Source: a bacterium (GTDB taxonomy: Bacteria; SAR324; NAC60-12). Taken from it: a stretch of 64,000 bases of DNA. The translations under genes and the position numbers were made by a program. The stretch covers positions 1,120,001-1,184,000 of the forward strand of contig OZ242383.1 in the NCBI GenBank assembly GCA_965209155.1. Reading direction: 5' to 3'. The notes below the pieces were generated by a model that saw only the letters and a list, made by a program, of their open reading frames with translations, did no database searches and was not told the DNA's origin. Below, piece by piece: positions 39,157 through 49,362 of this stretch; position 1 is the first letter of the stretch, and every line of letters begins with the position of its first letter.

Positions 39157-41141
39157 CTAATAACCCATTGCCTCCTTCAGCTCCTGGTCAATCCAGAGGC
39201 GCGCGAGGATGGGAGTAAAGTCCAGCGTTGATAACGCGATTTCATGGTTATGACCTTTGACCCACGGCTGGAGCGCGCCATATTGTGGCATTTCAACCCC
39301 CCATATGTACCAGTGCTTCTCTATAATGTACATATCTGCCTCTTTAACCAGCCTCTGCTGCTCCTCAAGGGTGGTAGCGGCGAAGACGGCGTCATACATG
39401 GCGTCGAAAACCGGGTCCTGGGCTCCGCTGCGGCCCCAGACAGTCGAGAATTTTTCCGAATGGAACGCGCCTAACAGCCAGGTAAGATGAAAATCCCAGC
39501 CGTTTACAGCATTCACCATACCTTCAAAAGTATGTTCCCTTATACTAGAGGTATGACGAGCTCGGTCCTGTATAAAAATCTCTACCTCAACCCCAATGGC
39601 ACGCCAGTACTCTACGAGTATTTCTGCATAGCTTAGAGGCATAGCGTAGTAGTATTCCCAGGTGGTCTTGAATCTAATGCCGTCGGCGCCGCGCGGATAC
39701 CCAGCCTCATCAAGCAACGCTTCTGCCCCTTCCGGGTCATACCTGTAGTATTGCTTGATCTCCTCGGGCCACTCTTCAAATGGGTTGTTCATCCCTTTCA
39801 TACCAAGCCCTACCATCCCCTGAGGTGTCGGACTTCCCCAACCCTTAGCGTAGGTCTCGTTAATTGTCTCGTTGTCCATTGCCATCTGCATTGCGTGCCG
39901 CACCCTGACATCATCAAAGGGCGGCTTGCGTACGTCGGGAGCAATACTCATAGTATTCCGAGCTCCAATCGGCGACCACGCGATTTCGGGGTTGGTCCGC
40001 ATGACGCTCGCTATCACCTCGTAATCCGCTAGCTCACCACCGTCGCCACGACCCATCACATCGATCTTACCCGTGCGCAGTGCCGCTATAACTGCTCCGG
40101 CTTCTTTAATAACCAGACGCCTATACTCGTCAACATAGGGCAAGCGGTTCTCCGGGTATTTTTCGTCGTAGCCCCAGTAGTCAGGATTCTTGGTATAGGT
40201 TTCAGAGCTACCAAAGACCCGGTCAGTCAGCATAAAGGGCCCGGTGCCGACCAGGTTCCTCTGGTCCGTAAGGTCGCCGTGTTGCTCGATTACCTCGGGG
40301 GTAATATCCAAGCCTGGTCGTCGAGTATAATCTGCAGCGCATCGAGGTTTAGCTCCTTCAGCTTATAAACAACCGTCCATTTGTCGGTGGCCGTTATCGA
40401 TTCCCATGGCAGATTGGCGACGTTTTGTACAGCGGGACTAGGTCCGGCTTCGGTGAAGTCGCCCATACCCGTATAACGGAGATAGTTCCATTCGATATCA
40501 TAGGCAGTTAACTCCCGACCGTTCATCGGTGGCTTATTATGCCAGTGAACGCCCTTGCGGATTTTGAAGACATAAGTTGTTGGGTCGGTTTGCTCCCAGC
40601 TTTCCGCCAGCCGCCCTGTTAAGACAGATACCGGTATATAGAAACCACTAAAGCTAAATTCGTCCCTATCTATTGCCCAGTTCCCGATGCCCAGCTTCTC
40701 TATAACGCCACCGACGTTCGCCCCATACGTAAACCAGGGGTCGGAAGTACGCGCAGGCTCGATCCTCATAGCCTGGGTGAATGTCCCCCCATATCGTGGG
40801 GCTTCCACCATTTCACCGGTGGTGGGATCCATCACCATCTTTTTCTCAGCCGCCACGGCCGAACCGACCCAGAGGGCGGCCACCATCAGGGTGAGGGTGA
40901 ACAACCAGGATTGCATCCCCGCTTTTGCGAGGACAAGTTTTTGTACAGCAGACCGCAAGCCTGCCGGGTTCAGCCCCACGAGGGGGGCAACAAGTTTTTT
41001 TATAATACTCATGATTACCTCTTTCAATTGAGGGTGCAGAAAATGATTCACCCGCCATGAGGTGAATCGGATTTTCGCAGCAGACACGACGTCTGCCACG
41101 ATCAGCCCAACGAAGCGGAACAGAAATTTCTTAAGATACAT
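39157..41141 (-). pseudogene. Family-5 SBP (SBP4) split by a 1-bp frameshift
   Basis: ORFs 40290-41141 and 39157-40311 join as WILPPEVIEQ if the G5 run at 40297-40301 were G6. Confidence 0.85.
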
Positions 41142-41166
41142 TGGAACCTCTTCTTACATAATTGAG

Positions 41167-41412
41167 CGTAACTATTCAGGTCTCTGAAAAACCCGTTTAG
41201 CTAAATATCATTAAAAAAGATTCCCGTAGAGGATCGATCGTTTTCAAGTCCTCCCACGATATGGTTCCATTGATCGGGAACCCTCTCTTTCACTAAAACA
41301 ACTTAGTGAAGGCATAATTTTGGCAATATATTTTTAGTATAATGTCAACCCCCAAATAAAAAAAATGCAGGATTCGTAAAAAAATTAAAAATCTATCAAT
41401 CAGGGAGATCCA
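41167..41412 (-). promoter_or_regulatory. SBP promoter/leader cassette, copy B (6-bp spacer deletion)
   Basis: Near-identical to copy A but lacks CACACA between -35 and -10. Confidence 0.7.
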
Positions 41413-41431
41413 CGTTCTAAGCGCTCTTGCT

Positions 41432-41561
41432 TCCATAAATCAATATTTTAATAATTATTATGTGTCATGCCGGACTTGATCCGTCATCCAATTATCGCCC
41501 GTATCCCCCTGGATTCCTGGTCTGTGCCAGGAATGACACGTTTTTAACTCCTGATTCACGT
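41432..41561. mobile_element. Partial MITE copy
   Basis: Ends in TTTTTAACTCCTGATTCACGT like 12843-12863; AT-rich stretch and REP-like core shared. Confidence 0.7.
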
Positions 41562-41767
41562 ATATCTCACAATTATCTAAGTAAGCATTGACAACCCCCA
41601 ACAAACCGTTCGACACGGAGTTCATAGGGCCGCGCTTTGATCGAACATCTTCGTCAATTTTGAAAGTTTGTTTCATCTTCCAAGTTCATTGTAGCCCCAT
41701 GAACCCGATCGGTTTGGCGTTGCTGGTAATACAGAACAAATCTCCTTGTGATCTATAAATTGCATAA

Positions 41768-41823
41768 ATCGAACAAGGCACTGGAGGTGACGCTTAACAG
41801 CGCACCTCGGCTTCATGCTGCTT
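41768..41823 (+). other. attC-like site (short, R' degenerate)
   Basis: ATCGAAC-AAGGC-ACTGGAGGTG-A-CGCT-TAAC-AGCG-CACCTCGGC-TTCAT-GCT; central hairpin with one extra-helical A; GCT where GTT is expected. Confidence 0.5.
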
Positions 41824-41894
41824 TATGAATCACACTTTCTTCCTCAAAATATAAAAAATTAATTCAATCCGGAGAAAAAGCTCTACAAGAAGGG

Positions 41895-41945
41895 TTGACA
41901 TATTTTAACCATGAACTATAATGACTCATATAATTAATATGGTTA
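41895..41945 (+). promoter_or_regulatory. TA operon promoter with operator-like inverted repeat
   Basis: TTGACA-16 bp-TATAAT; TAACCAT...ATGGTTA. Confidence 0.7.
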
Positions 41946-41959
41946 TACAGGAGAGCACT

Positions 41960-42244
41960 ATGGAAAGAGTAATTGATGTGACAACAGCACGCAGACAACT
42001 GGGTACCCTATTAGATGAAGTCTTTTATAAAGGAGAAATTATAACAATAGAAAGGAAAGGGAAGCCTCTCGCTAAGATCATCCCATTTAAAGAGGCCGCT
42101 TCTCACTTATCTTCTGAACAGAAAGAACTTCTCGAGGAACTTCACAGTTTGCCTACAATCCCAACAGCTCAAGATCCAACTACGATTTTAAGAAAAATTC
42201 GTAAACAGAAGAGAATTCAAGCAAATGTGGACTATGGAAAATGA
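41960..42244 (+). CDS. Phd/YefM family antitoxin
   Basis: IDVTTARRQLGTLLDEV...IERKGKPLAKIIP; AGGAG RBS. Confidence 0.85.
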   Translation: MERVIDVTTARRQLGTLLDEVFYKGEIITIERKGKPLAKIIPFKEAASHLSSEQKELLEELHSLPTIPTAQDPTTILRKIRKQKRIQANVDYGK

Positions 42245-42701
42245 TCGTTACGTTTTGGATGCGAACATTTTTTTAGAATACATCTATGGCAGAGCCTTGA
42301 AGGATCATGCTAAAAAAATCCTGCAAGATGCCATATTAAAAAAGATACAAGTTCTTGTTCCAAGCTTATTATTGGATGAAATCACAGAGGTTCTTTGCGG
42401 TAATTTAGACAATCTTAAAGAAGTGAAACACCACTTGGAATATATAGAAAAACTCTCACAACAAGGAGCCTTGAAGATAATTGTTCCCAATACTGGAGTA
42501 CGAATGAAAGCCATTGAAATTGCGAGGACAGGAAATCCTGAAAGTGGCTATCCGGAATTGACTGATTCTTTATACCATGCTTTGGCAATTTTAAATAATG
42601 CCGTATTTATCACAAATGATATAAAGCATATTAGTAAGGTAAAGCAGTTTAGTCATATCAAGGAACTTTCAAAATATGGCAATATTGCTGAGAAATCATG
42701 A
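42234..42701 (+). CDS. VapC/PIN-domain toxin
   Basis: YVLDANIFL, E, DSLYHALA, FITND; overlaps the antitoxin. Confidence 0.88.
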   Translation: MENDRYVLDANIFLEYIYGRALKDHAKKILQDAILKKIQVLVPSLLLDEITEVLCGNLDNLKEVKHHLEYIEKLSQQGALKIIVPNTGVRMKAIEIARTGNPESGYPELTDSLYHALAILNNAVFITNDIKHISKVKQFSHIKELSKYGNIAEKS

Positions 42702-42711
42702 CCAAAATCAA

Positions 42712-42792
42712 GCAGAACAAGTCATTTGAACGGATTGCTTGAGGGCGTCGCTCGTTCCTCGCTCTGGGTGGCGGGTGATGCCGACGTTAACA
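42712..42792 (+). other. attC-like site
   Basis: GCAGAAC-AAGTC-ATTTGAAC..GCTCGTTCCTCGCTC..GCCGAC-GTTAACA, 10 bp after the toxin stop. Confidence 0.5.
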
Positions 42793-42923
42793 CTATGAAT
42801 AATCCAGGTCTAAAAAAGGAATAGGTTCTCTCGGGCTTGAATCTTTCCAATGGTCCAAACTAGAGGAAGAAGCAAAAACACGATTCTCAAGAAGGAAAAA
42901 GGAGACAGGCTCCTTTTGTCCGT

Positions 42924-43895
42924 TTACCATTTGAAAGGGTTGATCAGTCGGGCCAGGAGGCCTCTTTTGCGTTTCACCTTCGCGGTGCCGTAACGGCCCT
43001 CACCGCCTCGCAGGCGGGGATCGAGCAGGTCCCGCATGTCGTCGCCGAACATGTTGAGACTGTAGACGACAATCGTCAGGCACAGCCCTGGCCAGAGCGC
43101 CAACCGGGGCGCTTGCTCCATGTACTGGCGTCCTTCTCGGCTGAGCATCCCTCCCCAGCTGGGAACCTTGACAGGCAATCCGAATCCGAGGAAACTCAAC
43201 GAGGCCTCGGCAATGATGACCCCGCCAATGTTGATCGAGATGATGATGATGATCGGCGCCATAATATTGGGCAGGACATGGCGCAGGAGGATGTGGCTCG
43301 TGGAATTGCCCACCGCTTTGGCGGCCAGAAAATAGTCATTCTCTTTGACACCAATCGCGGCGCTGCGGATGACTCGGGAGCCCCCGACACCTCCGGCGAT
43401 CCCCAGGACCACGATGATCTGAAGGAGCCCCTGGCCCACGATGGACATGATGGTTAACAAGAATAGCAGTCCCGGAAAACACATCCAGGCATCGACCAAG
43501 CGCTACACCACCAGATCGAATTTCCCGCCAATGAATCCGGAAGTGCCACCGATGAAGAACGCGACGAGCACATTGAGCGTGGTGGCGGCCAGACCGACAA
43601 TCAAGGAAAGACGCGCCCCATAGATCAGGCGGCTCAACAAGTCTCGCCCGATATGGTCGGTCCCCAGGAGTTACTGGGCAGAGGGGGCTTGCATGATGTC
43701 GGCCAGGTGTATTTCCCGATAAGGATAAGGCGCCAGAACCTCGGCAAAGAGAACGACGACAATCAAGACCATGATGAGTATCCCGCAGGCCGTGCCCAGG
43801 GGCTTCTCCTGCCCCAGCCGGATGAAGAAATCCGCCAGCCGGCCCGGTCGCTTGGGCTCCTTGATGACGGATGGGGTTTCTTTGGTGTTGTTCAT
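42924..43895 (-). pseudogene. DppC permease copy 3, nonsense and frameshift
   Basis: Close paralogue of 37039-38010; TAA at 43671 and a frameshift near 43500. Confidence 0.88.
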
Positions 43896-44035
43896 GATCC
43901 CGATTTCTCTAAAGGTAGGGCCGGGTGACGTCCCGGCTTAAAAAACGCATCGCTCGCATTGGCCGGGACGTCACCCGGCCCTACCGTTTTCTTGGTGATA
44001 TTAATCCTAACCCCTAACCCCTGTCGCGCCAGCGA

Positions 44036-44400
44036 CTATTCATACCGCACCCTGGGGTCCAAACAGGGATAAATCAGGTCGATGAGGAGATTGAGCAGCA
44101 CCACCCCGGTGGCGAAAAACGGGTTGACTCCGGAGACCATCGTGTAGTCTCGGTTTTGGAGGGCATACACCGGGAGCCGACCCAGCCCTGGCAGGTTAAA
44201 GATGTTCTCCATGATCACGGCGCCGCCGACCAGGATCGGCAACTGCAAGCCGCAGAGAAGTTAGGTGGCCGCAGCGCGGCCAAAAAGCCCAGCTGAACGC
44301 GTCACCACCGGGATGAGGAAATTTTTGAAGGAGTGCCGGATAATCACGACCCGCTCCCTGAGCCCCTTGGACCAGGCGGTGCGGATATAGTCCTGCCTTA
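44036..44400 (-). pseudogene. 3' fragment of DppB permease copy 3
   Basis: LRQDYIRTAWSKG..RHSFKN and LQLPILVGGAVIMENIFNLPG..LDPRVRYE, with an internal disruption; 5' part missing. Confidence 0.85.
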
Positions 44401-44443
44401 GAAACCGTTTGGTTAAATAAGACACTTTGCTAAGGTCACTACT

Positions 44444-44725
44444 TCACCGCTCTTCATCATTATAATCGTAAAAAGGTTCTCCATCAAGAGCAGTGAAACC
44501 GGTTAACTCAGGATCATTTTCATAATCGTCCTTCAAAGCGATGGCTGCTTGGCTTAATCGTTCCTGGTCAGATGCTTTTGATTGAATAATCGTACTCTCT
44601 AACATTTCTTCGATGGATTGTCCTGCTTCATCTGCTGAATCCTTGAGGCGCATGTAATTTTCATCACTCACCAAAATCGTCTGCATGGTATCCTTTTTCA
44701 TGTTGGAGGTATCCAGCGTGGGCAT
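44444..44725 (-). CDS. Small acidic protein, putative antitoxin
   Basis: C-terminal AAIALKDDYENDPELTGFTALDGEPFY; N-terminal TILVSDENYMRLK resembles an RHH start. Confidence 0.5.
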   Translation of the reverse strand: MPTLDTSNMKKDTMQTILVSDENYMRLKDSADEAGQSIEEMLESTIIQSKASDQERLSQAAIALKDDYENDPELTGFTALDGEPFYDYNDEER

Positions 44726-44936
44726 GGAGATCGTTTGATAATTTCAGTATACCGATTTGAAGAGGAAAGCACAAATGAAAGAGTTCTTACTTCTTTTTCT
44801 GAAGAAAAATCCTCATAAGAGCAATTCACAATGGGTCTAAAATGTAAATTCTGTGATAGATTCCCCTTGTTTGGAGAAAAATATGCGCTGGGACAGTGGA
44901 GGGACGAGAGAGTGATTGGAGATATTCACTCGAGCG

Positions 44937-46082
44937 CTAGTCATAAAGGATGCCCTGTTTCTCAAAGTGCTTGAGGGTGGTGGAGTCTCGCAGGTCACCG
45001 GGTTTTAATATGATGGAATCGGTTGAAAATCGTCGTTTTTGCGCATTCCCATTTTCGCTGAGGAGCGAACCTCCCACCGCCAATCGGTATGCCGGAACAA
45101 TTGGAAGCAGGAAGGTTTGTTCACCAATGACGCATTCAAGTGGCGGGACCAACTCGCCCGTGGCTTCATCGAAGATTTTCTTACCAGAGGCCATGACCAC
45201 CCCACTGGCAACGACGGCTCCTTCTTCAATGATTCCTGACACTTCACACATGGCTCCAATCTTTACACGGTCTTCGACAATGGATGGAAGGCGGCCTGCC
45301 GGCTCCAGGACTCCTTCAATGCCGGAACCAGCACCAAACTTGACTCCCTTACCAATTTGAGCGCAAGAAGCCACGCGAGCGCCTCCATCGATCATTACGC
45401 CCTCTCCCGCAATGTAAGCGCCAATATTGACGAATGCCTGGTTCATGATGACAGTTTGCGGGCCAATGTAAACCCCCGTACGGACAATGGAACCGGGCGC
45501 ATAACGCACGTTTTCTTTTTCAAAGGTTTCGTCAGAATAATTGGCGGTTTTTAAAGGAATTTTGTCCCAAGAAGACCCTTGCAAACGGACGTTGGCGTGG
45601 GTCGCGAAATAGTTTAATATGCCATCAATGACATAAGTTTGAGCCTGCCAGACCCCATTGATCTTTTCTGCTGCGCGGACGGTTCCCTGGTTGAGCAATT
45701 CAATAAAGACCTCACATTCCGAAGCAGAGGCAGAGCGCTTTACAATGGATTCCAATAGTCCAGCAACAGGACTGCTGACCCGTTGAATCCGCAAACGCCG
45801 GGAAGACTCCATCTGCAACAAAAGAGAAAGGTTCGGGTGTTTCTCGGGACGAATACGCGCATCCTCCACATGTTCTCCAAACAGTGCAATCCCTTCTTTC
45901 GCCTGTTCAAAATCAAGGCGTCCGCTTTGGGACGAGATATGATGAAACACGCGCAGGGCCCCTTGTTTTCCCGGCAAGTTGGGAATGATGGAAAGCAAAT
46001 TGCCTCGCTCATCAAAAATCCGTATTAAAACGAGGAAATCAACGGGACTCAATTTACTTAAGTTTTCTTGAAAATTACTCAT
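44937..46082 (-). CDS. dapD: Tetrahydrodipicolinate N-succinyltransferase with N-terminal DUF2322-like domain
   Basis: RAAEKING.W, WDKIPLK, R.APGSIVR, FVNIGAY, SCAQIGK, GVLEP; first about 100 aa contain PGKQGAL and EHVEDA...KHPN. Confidence 0.82.
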   Translation of the reverse strand: MSNFQENLSKLSPVDFLVLIRIFDERGNLLSIIPNLPGKQGALRVFHHISSQSGRLDFEQAKEGIALFGEHVEDARIRPEKHPNLSLLLQMESSRRLRIQRVSSPVAGLLESIVKRSASASECEVFIELLNQGTVRAAEKINGVWQAQTYVIDGILNYFATHANVRLQGSSWDKIPLKTANYSDETFEKENVRYAPGSIVRTGVYIGPQTVIMNQAFVNIGAYIAGEGVMIDGGARVASCAQIGKGVKFGAGSGIEGVLEPAGRLPSIVEDRVKIGAMCEVSGIIEEGAVVASGVVMASGKKIFDEATGELVPPLECVIGEQTFLLPIVPAYRLAVGGSLLSENGNAQKRRFSTDSIILKPGDLRDSTTLKHFEKQGILYD

Positions 46083-46136
46083 GATGTTCGCTCACTATCG
46101 TAAAGTTCCAAATAGGTATCGAGTGCTACGCGCCAG

Positions 46137-47522
46137 TTAAATAGGCCTTCTATCAAAATGACTCAGCGGCCGTTTTCCCAAGGGGAAGACATTGAAGCCG
46201 ATTTCAAACAGGGCCGGGTGATCCAGTAAATTGCGACCATCAAATACGAAAGCAGGGTGTGTCATCGACTGGAAGATACGTTGGTAATCCAACTCTTGAT
46301 ACTCTTGCCAATGGGTGATCAAAACGAGTGAATGAGCGCCTTCCGCGGCTTTATAAGGATCTTTCTCGAATCGAATCTCTCCTTCAACTCCTTGCAAATC
46401 GTTTTTTGCGTTTTCCAATGCTTTCGGATCGGTGATGCTGAGGGTTGCTCTCTCTGCCAGCAATTTGAGACATATTGGCAGAGCGGGCGTGTCTCGCGTA
46501 TCTCCCGTGTCCGGTTTGAAGGCAAATCCAAAGATCGCCACTTTTTTATTCACCAGCGTATTGAACTGGTTGCTCAAGATCGTCCGGAAGAAACGGTTGA
46601 TTTGATAATCATTCATGCGGATCACGCTGTCCCAGTACCGGGCCACTTCCGGTAGTCCATAATGGTCACATAAATAAGCGAGTTGCAAGATGTCTTTGCG
46701 AAAACAGGATCCTCCAAAACCAATTCCGGCTTGTAAGAAATGGGGGCCAATCCGTGTGTCCATGCCGATCGCATGGCTCACTTCCGAGATGTCGGCGCCC
46801 GTTTTTTCACACAAGGCAGTGATGCTGTTGATGGACGAGATTCGTTGCGCGAGCATGGCATTGGCGAATAACTTGGACAATTCGCTACTCCAGACGTTGG
46901 TCATCAGTATTTTTTCCTTCGGCACCCAGTGGGCATAGAGATCTGCCAGTACTTGACAGGCTTGTCTGCCGGATTCATCATCTCGTCCTCCAATCAGCAC
47001 GCGGTCCGGGTTTGTCAAATCCCTGATTGCGGTACCCTCGGAAAGAAATTCGGGATTGGAAATCACTTCAAAGTGAGTCGTGCTGCTCGCAGGATGTAAA
47101 ATACGGGCCATCGCCTCCGCGGCTCGCACGGGTAGCGTGCTTTTTTCCACAACCACGACCTTGGGTTTGCTCGTGTTGGATCGAATGACCCGTGCCGTCT
47201 TCTCCCAATATTGCAGGTCGGTGCTACGCCCCGCTCCTTCTCCATAGGTTTTGACAGGGGTGTTGATGGCAACGAAAATGAGGTCCGCCTCCGCAATTCC
47301 CTTGGGAATATCCGCACTGAAAATCAGGTTCAATCCTCGAACCTGCTTGACCAGTTCCCACAACCCGGGTTCATAAATTGGCAGATGGTCCGAATTCCAT
47401 TGTTCGATACGTCTTGAGTTGACGTCGACAACGGTGATCTGGTGTTCGGGACAGTTTTTCGCAAACATAGCCATGGTGGGCCCGCCCACGTAACCGGCTC
47501 CAATACACAAAATATTAGCCAT
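46137..47522 (-). CDS. ugd: UDP-glucose 6-dehydrogenase
   Basis: CIGAGYVGGPT, EKSTLPV, SNPEFLSEG, GFGGSCF.KD, FAFKPDTGDTR. Confidence 0.95.
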   Translation of the reverse strand: MANILCIGAGYVGGPTMAMFAKNCPEHQITVVDVNSRRIEQWNSDHLPIYEPGLWELVKQVRGLNLIFSADIPKGIAEADLIFVAINTPVKTYGEGAGRSTDLQYWEKTARVIRSNTSKPKVVVVEKSTLPVRAAEAMARILHPASSTTHFEVISNPEFLSEGTAIRDLTNPDRVLIGGRDDESGRQACQVLADLYAHWVPKEKILMTNVWSSELSKLFANAMLAQRISSINSITALCEKTGADISEVSHAIGMDTRIGPHFLQAGIGFGGSCFRKDILQLAYLCDHYGLPEVARYWDSVIRMNDYQINRFFRTILSNQFNTLVNKKVAIFGFAFKPDTGDTRDTPALPICLKLLAERATLSITDPKALENAKNDLQGVEGEIRFEKDPYKAAEGAHSLVLITHWQEYQELDYQRIFQSMTHPAFVFDGRNLLDHPALFEIGFNVFPLGKRPLSHFDRRPI

Positions 47523-47717
47523 TGGCTTCGACCTCCCCGGCAAAATGGTCAGTTGGAGCTGAATAACGACCTTCTCCACCACCGGAGTCCCGCTTGCAAG
47601 CGAATATGAAAAGATAATTCGACCTCGATATTTCTGGAAAATCATTCGTAAACGAAGCCGGTCCATCCATGCGAGTCATCGTTCTCACTCGAAATGAAGG
47701 TGCTTGCTCTCATTCAA

Positions 47718-49358
47718 TCAGAATTGGAAGAGAGAATCGTTGATATCAGATGGAACCGCTCGTCCCAATAAAATGAAATTGGTTGCGGCAACCTGACTGA
47801 GATTGAGTTCCTCTGATTCCGTCAGGCATTTGAGATGATAATCATGATTATACAAAGGATCATAGATGATAAAAGGAACCGGATTGAGTGAATGTCTGGC
47901 ATCGGGTTCCCAGATTTCTTTTTCTTTGTTAAAAGATTGCATCTGATCCGCATTTCCATGGTCAGCAGTGATAACCAGCAAACCCGAGGTTTGCTCGATG
48001 GCTTTTACGATTTCCACCAAAGCCCGGTCAATGGCTTCAATGGCCGTAATCGTCGCTGGCAGGTTCGCAGTGTGTCCTACCATATCAGCATTGGCGAAAT
48101 TGACCAATCCATAATCGAATCGTTGCGCCTTGATGAAAGTGACCGTTTGCTGTTGGATTTCTGCGGCTTTCATAGCAGGGGCGAGAGAAAATGAAGCAAT
48201 CCTGTCGGAGGCGATTGATTGATAAATTTCTGCTTGGGGATCCAAAGGATGGCGGTAACCTCCATTATAAAAAAAAGTGACGTGTGGAAATTTCTGTGTT
48301 TCCGTCAATCGAAATTGTTGCAGTCCCATTTCCAGGATGCGCTTGCCAAAGGGGTTCTCCACCAAGGTCGGTTCCACAATAAAGTCGGGCGGGAATCGAG
48401 AGTCCTGTTCGTACACCGTCATCCCTGCGAATTGGACCCGAGGACGAGGATTGCGGTTAAAATGGGAGAAATTATCGTCGAGCATAGCGTGCGTGAATTG
48501 CAGGGCTCGATCCGCGCGAAAATTCATGGAAATGACGCAATGTTGATCGTCAATCACACCAATGGGCCGGTTGTCCCGCGTCAAGACAAAAGCGGGGAGA
48601 TCCTGGTCTACGATACCAGGTCGCTTTTGGCGAAAGTGTTGGATCGCCTGTTCAATCGATGCGAAACGATTGGGACTGCTCCCTCTCACATGCGCCTGCC
48701 ATCCCTCTTCGATTTTCGTCCAATTACCATCCCGGTCCATCGTGATCACTTCACGTCCACCCCCACTGGCGAAAGCATAATCGATCCCAGGACGTTGTTG
48801 CTTCAATGCATGAAAAACGGCTTCCAATTGCCGGGTGTATTGGAGGGCGGATTGGATGGGAGTGTCCCTGCCATCCAGGAGGGCATGCACGTAGAGCCTG
48901 GCAATGCCGGCTGCGAATGCATGGTGAATAATTGCCGTAAAATGGTCAATATGGCTGTGAATGTTTCCGTCGGAGAGCAAGCCGATCAAATGCAGCGGGG
49001 TTTGATGTTCCAGGCAATGTCGAACAAGCTTTTGCAAAACCGGACTTTTTTGAAATTCTCCTCTCTCGATCAATTGTTTGATACTGGCAGGTCCTTGTTC
49101 CAGGATTTTCCCCGCTCCCATCGTCATGTGTCCCACTTCGGAACCGCCCAGGTCCTTCGCTCCCGGCAGACCGACGTGTACCCCATGCGTCAAGAGTTCA
49201 GTATGGGGGAACTGACGTAGCAAATAATCCATCAGTGGCGTATGGGCTTGGGAAATGGCATTGAATTTACCCGGAGGTGCCTGACCCCAACCATCGAGCA
49301 CAATATGAATGAGGGGCTTCCTGCCACGAAATTTTTCCGCCAATCGCGCCGGAGTCAT
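47718..49358 (-). CDS. gpmI: 2,3-bisphosphoglycerate-independent phosphoglycerate mutase
   Basis: VLDGWG, GSEVGH, DGRD, NFRADR, ETQKFPHVTFF, NADMVGH, TADHGNA. Confidence 0.95.
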   Translation of the reverse strand: MTPARLAEKFRGRKPLIHIVLDGWGQAPPGKFNAISQAHTPLMDYLLRQFPHTELLTHGVHVGLPGAKDLGGSEVGHMTMGAGKILEQGPASIKQLIERGEFQKSPVLQKLVRHCLEHQTPLHLIGLLSDGNIHSHIDHFTAIIHHAFAAGIARLYVHALLDGRDTPIQSALQYTRQLEAVFHALKQQRPGIDYAFASGGGREVITMDRDGNWTKIEEGWQAHVRGSSPNRFASIEQAIQHFRQKRPGIVDQDLPAFVLTRDNRPIGVIDDQHCVISMNFRADRALQFTHAMLDDNFSHFNRNPRPRVQFAGMTVYEQDSRFPPDFIVEPTLVENPFGKRILEMGLQQFRLTETQKFPHVTFFYNGGYRHPLDPQAEIYQSIASDRIASFSLAPAMKAAEIQQQTVTFIKAQRFDYGLVNFANADMVGHTANLPATITAIEAIDRALVEIVKAIEQTSGLLVITADHGNADQMQSFNKEKEIWEPDARHSLNPVPFIIYDPLYNHDYHLKCLTESEELNLSQVAATNFILLGRAVPSDINDSLFQF

Positions 49359-49362
49359 TTTT

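Noticed and set aside
47523..47717. N-terminal extension of UGDH or a small ORF between gpmI and ugd
   Set aside because: Family homology begins at MANILCIGAG, which has a GGAGG RBS; the upstream frames are unrecognisable
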